From positions 59,903-123,902 of the forward strand of contig OY969803.1 in the NCBI GenBank assembly GCA_963703245.1: a stretch of 64,000 bases of DNA, given 5' to 3'. Source of the DNA: an uncultured bacterium (lineage in GTDB: Bacteria > Patescibacteriota > Minisyncoccia > Minisyncoccales > CAVTZN01). The notes beneath the pieces are model-generated. The model was not told where the DNA came from and did not search any database. It saw only the letters and a list, made by a program, of their open reading frames with translations. The position numbers and the translations under genes were made by a program. Positions 10,785 to 19,413 of the stretch are shown in pieces; the stretch's first letter is position 1; each line of letters starts with the position of its first letter.

Positions 10785-11339
10785 CTATAAAACTTTTCGA
10801 GGTAAAAATAATATTACTAAAGCAGAAATAAGGGCAAATATTCCCATAAGAATAAATAAAATATTAAATCCAAAAATAGTAGCTAAAATAGCGCCGAATA
10901 CGGCACCACCAGCTGTGGCAAAATTTCTCATTGCATCCCACGCTCCCCACTGAAAAGCTGGCCTTTTATGATCTAAATATTTAGAATAAAGCGCACTAAA
11001 AGCTGGCGTTTCAATCGCCTCTCCTATTCCTAAAAATATCTGGACAATAAATAAATGCCAAGGAGCCTTCACAAAGAGATAACTAAAGAAACTAATTGCT
11101 ATTATAAAATAACCTGCGCATATCCAAAGCTCTGTTTCTTTCAATATAATATCTTCGATTTTCCCCATTATCAAAATTAATACTCCCATCACTAAAGAAA
11201 AAACAGCAAAAGAAGTTCCAGCGGTTAGAATATCGCCTCCGATTTTTTCCACAAAAACAGCATAAATCGGACCAAGCATCGCAGCAGCGAGTAAAAATAA
11301 ACCGTCGGTTGTTAATAATATTCTTAATTGAATTGGCAT
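10785..11339 (-). CDS. small 6-TM membrane protein, MFS-half-like (possible polyamine-linked transporter)
   Basis: 184-aa, strongly hydrophobic with about 6 predicted helices. Starts 7 nt after the speE stop. Function inferred only from context. Confidence 0.45.
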   Translation of the reverse strand: MPIQLRILLTTDGLFLLAAAMLGPIYAVFVEKIGGDILTAGTSFAVFSLVMGVLILIMGKIEDIILKETELWICAGYFIIAISFFSYLFVKAPWHLFIVQIFLGIGEAIETPAFSALYSKYLDHKRPAFQWGAWDAMRNFATAGGAVFGAILATIFGFNILFILMGIFALISALVILFLPRKVL

Positions 11340-11346
11340 AAGTTTT

Positions 11347-12192
11347 TTAAATTTTTATAATTTGGGGCAAAATACCAGACGCTAAATGAATTTCCGGAGA
11401 ATAATATTTGGTTTTTAAATTTAATTTTTTATATCTTCGATTAATTATTTCAAAATTAATTTTATTTAAATTGATTTTAGAAGCCATTGTAAAGCTATAT
11501 TCCCCTGTGCCATAACAAGGAACGCACGCTCTATATACTTTTACATAAGGAAAAACTTTTTTAAAATTATTAAAAATTCTTTTAATTTGCGGAAACTGTT
11601 CTAAAAAAGTTCCGCTTTGGGTAATCATTACTCCTTTTTTAGTTAAGGCGTTAGAAATGTTTTTGTAAAATCTTTCTGAGAAAAGAGGAAGTGAGGGACC
11701 TAAAGGATCGGTTGAATCAATAATTATCACATCAAAATAATTATGGTATTTTTTAATAAACTTCATTCCGTCTCCAATAATAATTTTTGATCTTTTGTCT
11801 CTAAACGCTCCTTTTGAAACAAAAGGGAAATATTTTTTAGAAACATCAATAATTTTTTTATCAATTTCAACTAAAAAAACTTCCTTAATTGGATGTTTTA
11901 AAACTTCTTTTAATACTCCACCATCACCACCGCCAACAATCAATACCTTTTCTGGGCTTGGATGAGTAGATAGTGGCAAGTGAGCCATTATTTCATGATA
12001 AATAAATTCATCTCTTTCTGTTAATTGCACTATTCCGTCTAAAACCAACATTCGTCCATAAAAGGAAGTGTTAAAAATTTCAATTTTTTGAAAAGGGCTT
12101 CTGAGAGAAGTTATTTTCTTTTTTATCTTGATAGAAAATTTATTATTGTTTTCTGCCCCCGGTAAAATTTTTTCTGTAAACCACTTACTCAT
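11347..12192 (-). CDS. speE: spermidine synthase (aminopropyltransferase)
   Basis: 281-aa ORF with VLIVGGGDGGVLKEVLKH and IIIDSTDPLGP motifs of the spermidine synthase family. Confidence 0.9.
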   Translation of the reverse strand: MSKWFTEKILPGAENNNKFSIKIKKKITSLRSPFQKIEIFNTSFYGRMLVLDGIVQLTERDEFIYHEIMAHLPLSTHPSPEKVLIVGGGDGGVLKEVLKHPIKEVFLVEIDKKIIDVSKKYFPFVSKGAFRDKRSKIIIGDGMKFIKKYHNYFDVIIIDSTDPLGPSLPLFSERFYKNISNALTKKGVMITQSGTFLEQFPQIKRIFNNFKKVFPYVKVYRACVPCYGTGEYSFTMASKINLNKINFEIINRRYKKLNLKTKYYSPEIHLASGILPQIIKI

Positions 12193-12231
12193 AATTTTGA
12201 GCTCTAGCGAAAAATTATATCGACGTAGTTG

Positions 12232-12627
12232 CTATATTAATTTTCCTCTTTTTATTATTTTAATAACAATTTTTTTGGGCCGAAATTTTTTCTTTAGATA
12301 TCCTAAGGATTTATAAGGTGTTGATTTGTTTCCACAAGTGAAGATATCGATAGCTAAATAATTAAATTCTGGCCAAGAATGCAGGGCAATATGGCTCTCG
12401 GCTAATAAAATAACCCCAGTGATGCCATGGGGTGAAAATCTATGAATAGCCACTTTTAAAGGAGTATTATTCGCTTCTTTTGCTGCTTGAATTAAAATTT
12501 CTCTTATTTTTTTATTTTCTTCGATAGTTTTTCCATGCCAAAATTCGGCAATCAAATGGACACCTGCATATTTTTTATCTTTTTTTTCTTTGACCCATCG
12601 AATGGATCTCTTTGTTTTTTTGATCAT
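12232..12627 (-). CDS. speD: S-adenosylmethionine decarboxylase proenzyme (small bacterial/archaeal class)
   Basis: 131-aa ORF. ITGVILLAESHIALHSWPE contains the canonical Glu-Ser self-processing site and the HxWPE motif. Confidence 0.85.
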   Translation of the reverse strand: MIKKTKRSIRWVKEKKDKKYAGVHLIAEFWHGKTIEENKKIREILIQAAKEANNTPLKVAIHRFSPHGITGVILLAESHIALHSWPEFNYLAIDIFTCGNKSTPYKSLGYLKKKFRPKKIVIKIIKRGKLI

Positions 12628-12727
12628 TTCTTTTAAACAATCGCCTTACCAAGTAAATGTACTTTACTCAGCGGTTCTCAATGTGTTTTCATTGAGAAAA
12701 ACAAAGAGTTTAACAAAAAAGCGACTG

Positions 12728-13111
12728 TTATTCCCAAGGATACTTAACCTCTAAGGTTTCTACCTGTTTTGGTTTTACTTTTAGTTTATTATATAAATAT
12801 TTTCTAACTTTTTGATAGTCGAATTTGCGACAAGAAAAAACATCAATATATATCTCTTTAGTCTTTATAAAAGTATGAATCGAAATATGGGAAAAATCAA
12901 TTATAGCAAAACCAGTAATACCTGGATTCGTTCTGTCTAAATCACGCACTAAATTAGGACCTGAAAGAACTTTCATTTTTACAATTTTAGGAATTTCAAA
13001 TAATAATGAAAGAATAAAATTTTCATCATTAAGAAATTTTCTATTACAATCAAACGCATCAAAAATAATATGGTATGTTTTAGTAAATTTCTTTTTATTA
13101 TTTTTCTCCAT
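12728..13111 (-). CDS. divergent AdoMetDC-fold (pyruvoyl decarboxylase-like) paralog
   Basis: 127-aa ORF. ITGFAIIDFSHISIHTFIKTKEIYIDVFSC aligns with the speD segment ITGVILLAESHIALHSWPEFNYLAIDIFTC. The Ser is retained but the preceding Glu is Phe. Confidence 0.55.
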   Translation of the reverse strand: MEKNNKKKFTKTYHIIFDAFDCNRKFLNDENFILSLLFEIPKIVKMKVLSGPNLVRDLDRTNPGITGFAIIDFSHISIHTFIKTKEIYIDVFSCRKFDYQKVRKYLYNKLKVKPKQVETLEVKYPWE

Positions 13112-13217
13112 TTTATAATTAAAAAATAATTTTTAAATTATCATACAATGATATAACAAGAAAAAATATGGAATATTTTTTTATTATATTAAAATTAAAA
13201 AATCTTGCAATAGAAAA

Positions 13218-13266
13218 CCCCGCCCTCTATACCCATCGAATTTTTCAATAAGTTTAGAGGACGGGG
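13218..13266 (-). terminator. 12-bp stem (one G-U) with a 25-nt loop followed by a U-run; terminator/attenuator in the polyamine operon leader
   Basis: Plus strand CCCCGCCCTCTA (13218-13229) pairs with TAGAGGACGGGG (13255-13266). On the minus-strand RNA the stem is followed by UUUUCUAUU. Confidence 0.5.
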
Positions 13267-13277
13267 CTGAGATTTCT

Positions 13278-13307
13278 TTATCTCTTCTTCTTCTTTTTCT
13301 TTGCCAT
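13278..13307 (-). promoter_or_regulatory. candidate leader mini-ORF MAKKKKKKR*
   Basis: ATG GCA AAG AAA AAG AAG AAG AAG AGA TAA read from the minus strand. Its stop lies 11 nt upstream of the terminator stem. No SD visible. Confidence 0.25.
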
Positions 13308-13359
13308 TTTAGAATTTAAAATCCAAATAACATATTATTTTATTGGAAATCTTTTTATC

Positions 13360-13407
13360 TTAGCAACAAGAACATGATTTCTTGGTTTTTTTCTTCTTCT
13401 TTACCAT
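13360..13407 (-). promoter_or_regulatory. candidate leader mini-ORF MVKKKKKTKKSCSCC*
   Basis: Read from the minus strand. Enclosed by a perfect 10-bp inverted repeat (13322-13331 and 13412-13421). No SD visible. Confidence 0.25.
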
Positions 13408-13579
13408 TTTTGTTATTTGGATGAATTATTTTTTAGAAATTTTTATTGCAAATAGCCGACCATCTATCCGCAAAAAAGAATTATTAATATATTTTCGCAT
13501 TTCAAGAGATATTGTCAATAGTTTTTGGTTAAGTTATCCACAGTGTCTCAAAAATTTTTTAGTAGTCGCAAAAATATTT

Positions 13580-14471
13580 TTAAATTTGTCCGAGATATTG
13601 AATTTCTTCTTCTAAATTGATTCCAAATTTATTTTTTACTTTATTTTTTGCTAACTTTATCAATTTTATTACATCTTTTGCTTTTCCTTTTCCCAAATTA
13701 ACAATAAAGTTCGCGTGTTTTTCAGAAATTTTTACATTTCCAACTCTTTTCCCTTTTAAACCGCACTGTTCAATCAGTTTACCTGCTGAAAATTTAACAG
13801 GATTTTTAAATACTGAGCCTGCGGAAAAACCATGTGGAACTTTTTTAATTCTTGTCTTTAAAATTTCCTGGCGATTTTTCTCTATATTTTTTCTTTTTCC
13901 ATTTTTTAAATTTAAGACAACTTCCAAAATTATAGGTTTGCTGGTTTTAATTTTTTTAAGCCTTGAATTTCTGTATCCGAAAGCAAGCCACTTTTTCCTA
14001 ACTCTTTTTATCCCATCATTTATCATTAGAAGTTCAACTTTTTCAACACAGTCGCCAATTGCCCAAGCTCCTCTTGGCCAACCGGCATTACCATAAACCG
14101 CCCCTCCTATTGTCCCTGGGATACCACTACCTTTTTCTAATCCCGTAAGTCCCTTTTTTGCTGCTGCTTTTATAATCGTATCAAAAGTTGCCCCTGATTC
14201 TGCAATAATTTTTTTATTATTAATTTTAATTCTTCTTGCCTCATTTTTTATAAAATTCCTTGAAACCTTTGTCGGAAACTAATAAATTTGAACCTCCTCC
14301 CAAAACAAAAAATGGCAAACTTAATTCTTTTGCCACTGAAACTGCTTTGATTATTTCTTTTTTATTTTTTGCAACAAAAAAATACTTGGCTGGCCCGCCA
14401 ATCCGAAAAGTAGTATAATTTTTTAGCAAAACGTTTTTTTGAACGCCCGGTAATAATTTTGAGATATCCAT
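13580..14471 (-). pseudogene. murB: UDP-N-acetylenolpyruvoylglucosamine reductase MurB, interrupted by one frameshift near 14245
   Basis: N-terminal piece MDISKLLPGVQKNVLLKNYTTFRIGGPAKYF...GGGSNLLVSDKGFKEFYKK* stops at 14241. One frame over it continues NFIKNEARRIKINNKKIIAESGATFDTIIKAAAKKGLTGLEKGSGIPGTIGGAVYGNAG and runs into ORF 13580..14026 (SAGSVFKNP...GLKGKRVGNVKISEKHANFIVN). Confidence 0.8.
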
Positions 14472-14620
14472 ATTTTGAGCTTTAGTGAAAATATATAGTT
14501 CTTTAAAAGGAAAGTTTATATTATTGTATTTTATCAGAGTTTCCGCTAAAATAAAATTGGGTCGGGAGGATAGCACTCACTAAAGACTTAGTTTTGGAGT
14601 CAACTCTCCTGGCCCATTCT

Positions 14621-14645
14621 AAAACCTCGCTTTTAGCGAGGTTTT
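14621..14645. terminator. hairpin AAAACCTCGC-TTTT-AGCGAGGTTTT flanked by A/T runs (bidirectional-type terminator)
   Basis: 8-bp stem AACCTCGC/GCGAGGTT seen directly, with T-runs on both strands. Confidence 0.45.
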
Positions 14646-14654
14646 AGTTTTTTA

Positions 14655-14729
14655 TTAAAAAACAACAAGCCTCGCTCGAGGGAGGCCTGCTGTCGACTTA
14701 GTAAGAGTTCTCTTGCGAGAGCACTCACT
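14655..14729 (-). ncRNA. candidate ~75-nt small RNA (or compound terminator of the upstream gene)
   Basis: Minus strand has TTGACA (14764-14759), a 17-nt spacer and TAATAT (14741-14736). Then a 30-nt hairpin AGUGAGUGCUCUC-GCAA-GAGAACUCUUACU with a GNRA loop. Then GCCUC-CCUCGAGC-GAGGC followed by UUGUUGUUUUUU. Confidence 0.25.
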
Positions 14730-14774
14730 GGGCATATATTAGCAAATTAAGAGGAATTTGTCAACCCTTCACCC

Positions 14775-16466
14775 TTAATAGCTCTTTATTAATTCGTTAT
14801 TCACGGCTGTACGGGTTAAAGGACCGAAATAGCCGGTTGAAATTATGCCTTTTGATGTCTGGTATTTTTTTACAGCCGACAGGGTTGCCGAAAAATAGTT
14901 TCCGGTTACCAGTCCTTCAGGATAGATTGAATCCCCTTTTGATTTTAAAAACTCCTGTAGGCAACGGACTTCAGAATTATTTGTTATTCCAAAATAAAGA
15001 TTATTCTCGAATTTTTGGCAGGAAATTTTTGGCTTTCCAGCAGATAAAAGGGATTGTAATCTCGCAATTTCTTTTTTTAGGTATTCTATTTGGGCGAGTA
15101 AGTTTTCGATGTTTTTTGCTTCTTCTTGAGATGGAACTTCTTCTGCTCCTACGATAGAAACCTTATAAGTGAATTGATAAAACGGCTCGTTTTCGGTAAA
15201 GTCAGAAGTTTTTGATTGAATTGAGGGAACAATCATTAAAGAAACATTTTTAGTACTGAAATCAGAAATAAAAAGTGTGCCCTTTTGTAAAGCATCAAGC
15301 TTTAAAAAATTAATAGATAATTTACCGGCTGAATCTCCGATAATGTAGGGCACTTTAAAATTGGTATCTTGTACCCCTTCGAATTCAAATTTTAAATTTC
15401 CTTTCCCTCCAACAAATTTTTCCCAGTTGCCTGCCCAAGTTTTAGTTAATTTTATAACCTGAAGAGAGCTCTGCCCAGTTAAAGGAAGAAAATTTGTTGA
15501 AGGGATAACCTGGATTTTTTTTAAATTTTCGTTTTTATAGCAATATTTTTCGCCGAGCGAACAGTCATTAATCAAAATAGTGATGGTCCAATTAGTAAAA
15601 ACTTGGCTGAAATCCTCGGAAGCTCCTTCTTGATTCAGAGTCTTGTTTAAGCTTTCAATCCCGGTTTCCCGCATCTTCAAAGAATCAACAAGAATTTTTA
15701 CACCGTAATGATCAACTAAGTATTGGGTAAAAAGATTTAAAACACCGTAGTCATAAGTTTTTCCCTGCCATTCAGTTAAAGAATCATTGGGTTTCTCCAA
15801 AAAGCTTTTAACCCGACGCTGGAGGTTGCTTCCTTCATAAACTGAATCGTATCCTAATAAGGTAGAGGCATATTCTGAACGGGCTTCATTTAGCCAAATA
15901 TCCTCTGAGACATTAAATAGTTTTTCTTTTTGATTATAAGTAATCAAATGCTGAAATTCGTGAGCTAGGAAACTTTTTGCCTGAGAAGTTTTAATGTGTT
16001 CCGTATTTAAATAAACCATTTCTCTTTCATTGGAAAGAGGATATTGAATTTTTGGATATTCGTTTCCATTATTAAAATAGCCTCCAGCATCTTTTCTTAT
16101 TTGATGCAACAAAACCGTAATATGGCTATCGCCGTCAATTCCCGGATTCCATTCCGAGCCAAAAGTTGAAGTTAAGGTTGGATAAATTTTATTTAAAAAT
16201 TCCAAGGAAAGATCATTTAAAGCGTTTGAAAATTCTTGTTTTTGAATTTCGTTTTGAATATTCCACCAATCATCTTCAATATAAAAATAAATTTTGGGAG
16301 TGATATAAACCAAACTCGCTGTTATCTGTTCCCTACCTAATAAATCATAAGAGGAATCAACAAAAAAATTAACTTTCTGTCCCTGATAATCAGCAAATAC
16401 AAAATAAGGAATAATAAACAATATTCCTGAGAGCAAAATAGTTTTAATTGTTAAATTCTTGAACAT
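14775..16466 (-). CDS. secreted HExxH metallopeptidase-like protein with a coiled-coil linker and C-terminal PG_binding_1 domain
   Basis: Signal/anchor MFKNLTIKTILLSGILFIIPYFVFA. Zinc motif FLAHEFQHLI. Coiled coil IENLLAQIEYLKKEIARLQSLL. C-terminus VRCLQEFLKSKG...AVKKYQTSKGIISTGYFGPLTRTAV matches the peptidoglycan-binding domain 1 pattern. Confidence 0.65.
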   Translation of the reverse strand: MFKNLTIKTILLSGILFIIPYFVFADYQGQKVNFFVDSSYDLLGREQITASLVYITPKIYFYIEDDWWNIQNEIQKQEFSNALNDLSLEFLNKIYPTLTSTFGSEWNPGIDGDSHITVLLHQIRKDAGGYFNNGNEYPKIQYPLSNEREMVYLNTEHIKTSQAKSFLAHEFQHLITYNQKEKLFNVSEDIWLNEARSEYASTLLGYDSVYEGSNLQRRVKSFLEKPNDSLTEWQGKTYDYGVLNLFTQYLVDHYGVKILVDSLKMRETGIESLNKTLNQEGASEDFSQVFTNWTITILINDCSLGEKYCYKNENLKKIQVIPSTNFLPLTGQSSLQVIKLTKTWAGNWEKFVGGKGNLKFEFEGVQDTNFKVPYIIGDSAGKLSINFLKLDALQKGTLFISDFSTKNVSLMIVPSIQSKTSDFTENEPFYQFTYKVSIVGAEEVPSQEEAKNIENLLAQIEYLKKEIARLQSLLSAGKPKISCQKFENNLYFGITNNSEVRCLQEFLKSKGDSIYPEGLVTGNYFSATLSAVKKYQTSKGIISTGYFGPLTRTAVNNELIKSY

Positions 16467-16521
16467 TTTTGATTTAAAAATCTGTTTTTTTATTATATCA
16501 AAAATAGCAGGGAAAACAAAA

Positions 16522-16544
16522 GACCCCGGTTATTCGCCGGGATC
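16522..16544 (-). terminator. rho-independent terminator after 16608..17885
   Basis: Minus strand GATCCCGG-CGAATAA-CCGGGGTC followed by TTTTGTTTT. Confidence 0.6.
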
Positions 16545-16607
16545 TTTTGTTTTTTCTATCCGGCTCACATCTCCACAAGGAGAGAGAGGCCGGTCCGTTT
16601 CAAGAAA

Positions 16608-17885
16608 TTATTGGCTTACGCCTAAATCTGCGTTAATTGCTGCTCTTGTTAAAGGTCCACAACGACCATTAACTGGAGTAATTCCCTTTGCTGTCTGGTA
16701 TGCCTTTACAGCTGCCATGGTTCCTGAAAGATAATTGCTGGTGTTGAGACCCGATGCCAAATAACCTTTACTGATTAGGAACTCCTGAAGCCGTTTAACA
16801 TCAACGTTGCCTTTTAATCCATAATAAAGATCAGTAGTAAATGCTTGTCCAGTAACGCCCAACATTTTCACTAATTCAGATTGCAATTGAGCGATTAAAA
16901 CGGCTATCCTCGCGATTTCCGCTTTCAATTCCTCAATTGTCATCTCAGAAATTGGCTTTGTTGTCGTCGGCGTTGTCGGGGTAGGAGTAGTCGTTGCTCC
17001 TGTCGTTCCCATCACGGCAAATTTAGAAAAAGCAGTAGTCGTTGCTGTAAGAGTGTTGGTCGCGGTGTTGATTGTGGTGGACAAGGCAACCCACTCCGTC
17101 CCGTTCCAACGGTATATCTTCAAGGTTGACTCATTAAGGCCGGTAATTTGCGCATCAGTATAAGTAATAGTAATTGTAACGTTGTTACTAAAACTGGTTA
17201 CTGCTGTGGTCCCGGCTGTAGCTGTAATAGTGAAACCGCTTACTACTGTCATTCCGGCCGGAGCCGAAGCTCCCACTACAATATTACCCGCGCTGGATTC
17301 TGTAACACTAACTACTGTAGTGGCTGTAACAGCATTAGCAGGAATTGCAACTGTTGCCTGTGTTCCTGTTGATGTGGTTAAAGTGGTCTGACCGCCTCCA
17401 GAAGGAGTGGCCGTAACCTGGCCTGTGGTGGTTGTAGGAATAGTTGGTGTCACTGCCTGAACTGGTCCTCCGCCACCGCCACCGCCTCCTCCTCCGCCCG
17501 ATGAACAGAATCCTGAAGGAGTAACAGTAACAGTACTACTACCAGCAGTTGAAGGTCCTGTAATTGTAACGCTAGAAGAACTGTCGCCACAAGTTATCCC
17601 CGTCCCCTGAGAATTTACAAGATTATACTTCGTGCTTGAAGTTATCGTAACTCTAGAGGTTAAAGAAGTATCTGTTTCCGTTGTAAGCGTAAAGCTAATA
17701 TAGGTTGGATAAACGGTCATGGCCTCGGCTGTTGATCCAGAACTAATTGTTAGCGTAATATCTGATCCCGAAAGATAGATATTAGCAGCTTCCGGAAACT
17801 GAACAGTATTATAAGTAGTGGCAACAGCTGAAGCTCCAAAAGGCAAAACCAGAAAAGCTAATAATAATGCTAAAAAATATTTCAT
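16608..17885 (-). CDS. secreted Thr/Gly-rich wall-associated protein with a coiled coil and C-terminal PG_binding_1 domain
   Basis: Signal peptide MKYFLALLLAFLVLPFGASA. Run of 11 Gly. Coiled coil TIEELKAEIARIAVLIAQLQSELVKML. C-terminus VKRLQEFLISKGYL...AVKAYQTAKGITPVNGRCGPLTRAAI. Confidence 0.65.
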   Translation of the reverse strand: MKYFLALLLAFLVLPFGASAVATTYNTVQFPEAANIYLSGSDITLTISSGSTAEAMTVYPTYISFTLTTETDTSLTSRVTITSSTKYNLVNSQGTGITCGDSSSSVTITGPSTAGSSTVTVTPSGFCSSGGGGGGGGGGGPVQAVTPTIPTTTTGQVTATPSGGGQTTLTTSTGTQATVAIPANAVTATTVVSVTESSAGNIVVGASAPAGMTVVSGFTITATAGTTAVTSFSNNVTITITYTDAQITGLNESTLKIYRWNGTEWVALSTTINTATNTLTATTTAFSKFAVMGTTGATTTPTPTTPTTTKPISEMTIEELKAEIARIAVLIAQLQSELVKMLGVTGQAFTTDLYYGLKGNVDVKRLQEFLISKGYLASGLNTSNYLSGTMAAVKAYQTAKGITPVNGRCGPLTRAAINADLGVSQ

Positions 17886-17967
17886 TCATGAGAAATTACG
17901 TGATTAGGTTCAATTTTGGTTGAAAATTAATTAAATCTCTGTATTGCACAAATATAAATATTTTTAT

Positions 17968-19413
17968 TTAGTCTGCCCACACAGGGAAAGAGTATTCTGT
18001 TTCTCCTATATAGATTTTCAACCAATATGCAGGGTTTCCAGTTTTTGGCGAATTCGTCATCGTTGCTGTATTCCCGCCTGTTGCTGTCATTGATGTCCAA
18101 CTTCCATCACCATCTTCAATAGAAAAAACTCCATCCCAATCAACTGTTCCTGTTGCACCCCTGATTCTGAAACCAGTCAAGATGCCGGTTTTCGTGCCAG
18201 AACCACCAACGCCGACTGAAACGCCGGCGGCATGAGAATTGGCTGCCAAGGTTCCAACTATATCCACGCCGAATGTCCCGCCACTAACATCTCCAAGACT
18301 CCCAACCAGATTTACTGCCTTTCCTGAAGCTATTGTGGTATTTCCCCAAATAGAGCTTAACCCGCCAGTTCCTGTATAGTTTGCATCAATCACCAAATCT
18401 GGGTGTATTGCCACCGTAGAAATATCTCCGGTTGCGACTGTTGTTGTAATTAGCATTCTTGATGTAAAGCATTCTGTATAACCAGTTAAAGCAACTCCGT
18501 CATCGTCGCAATATAGTCCGTTTCCTGTATCAAAGGTTGCTCCATGTAAAGGAATTCCGCTTTGGGCAGAGTTTGAAGCTTCTCCTATAAATATCCCCCC
18601 AGCAGAAGCTGCTGCCGCTGCTGCCGTGATATTAATTCCTGCTGTCGCGCCTACTGCTATTTTAATGCCATTTGTCCAGGTTGCGTTAGAACCTACAGTT
18701 GGATCACCTTCAATGGTTAATGCATCTCCCATAACTCTAACAGCGTCTGCGTCTCTTCCGATAATTCTTATACCATCAAGATTGGTATAGCTATTTAATC
18801 CAGTAGCTGTTTGTATTTTAGCTACGATTGCGGCCACACCATTTGTAATTGTGGTTGTTTTGCCAGCAGCGGCTGCATCATAAGCAAAGGTTGCTTCTAA
18901 TGCGCTAGGATATCCAGCTATAGTGTAGCTACTGAGTGGTAATTTCACAAGTAATTCTGAATATAATCCTGAAATGCCTTCAAGTCCTGTAGTTCCTGAG
19001 GCTATATTTGCGACAGAATAAACTTCCATACCTCTTAAATCACCGCTTGCGTCCCCTTTAGTAGTTTCAGTTCTGAAATAATATCCTTTAAAAGATTTGT
19101 CTGGTATCAATGTCCAATCATCAACTGCATATCTCATTTCCATGCCCTCACCGTAGGCATAAGAAGCACCTGTGTTTATTACAGCTCCCGCTGCCGATGT
19201 TGTAGCGATTCTACTTTTAACGATAGTAGTATCGGCAATTGCATCCCCTAAGGTGGTTGTACCGTTTAATGTTGTAGCCCCTGTAACTTCTAATGTTCCA
19301 CCGGTGAGAATACCCGTTCCAATTGTTGTTGTGGCAAAAACTGCAGCAGCCGTAAGCAAAGTTGCAAATACAGTAGTTGCCGTAATACTTAAAATTTTAT
19401 GTTTTGTTTGCAT
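17968..19413 (-). CDS. secreted Thr/Ala/Gly-rich protein of unknown function (surface-layer or fibre-like)
   Basis: 481-aa ORF with signal peptide MQTKHKILSITATTVFATLLTAAAVFA. Low-complexity beta-rich composition. No recognised catalytic motif. Confidence 0.55.
   Translation of the reverse strand: MQTKHKILSITATTVFATLLTAAAVFATTTIGTGILTGGTLEVTGATTLNGTTTLGDAIADTTIVKSRIATTSAAGAVINTGASYAYGEGMEMRYAVDDWTLIPDKSFKGYYFRTETTKGDASGDLRGMEVYSVANIASGTTGLEGISGLYSELLVKLPLSSYTIAGYPSALEATFAYDAAAAGKTTTITNGVAAIVAKIQTATGLNSYTNLDGIRIIGRDADAVRVMGDALTIEGDPTVGSNATWTNGIKIAVGATAGINITAAAAAASAGGIFIGEASNSAQSGIPLHGATFDTGNGLYCDDDGVALTGYTECFTSRMLITTTVATGDISTVAIHPDLVIDANYTGTGGLSSIWGNTTIASGKAVNLVGSLGDVSGGTFGVDIVGTLAANSHAAGVSVGVGGSGTKTGILTGFRIRGATGTVDWDGVFSIEDGDGSWTSMTATGGNTATMTNSPKTGNPAYWLKIYIGETEYSFPVWAD

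Noticed and set aside
13464-13542. A perfect DnaA box TTATCCACA (13534-13542) and a degenerate CTATCCGCA (13464-13472) in a 468-bp AT-rich intergenic region, considered as a possible oriC.
   Set aside because: There are only one perfect and one weak box. There is no dnaA or dnaN nearby. Genes on both sides are on the same (minus) strand, so there is no strand switch. This is insufficient for an origin call.
14571-14729. CIRCE-like half sites (TAGCACTC / GAGCACTC) resembling the HrcA operator TTAGCACTC-N9-GAGTGCTAA.
   Set aside because: Both copies are in the same orientation and about 150 nt apart. No inverted partner lies at 9-nt spacing, and no chaperone gene is downstream.
17467-17499. 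A GGN/CCN-rich tract encoding 11 consecutive glycines in 16608..17885, considered as a possible contingency repeat.
   Set aside because: The codons are mixed (not a perfect simple-sequence repeat) and any slippage would be in-frame. It is best explained as a flexible linker.
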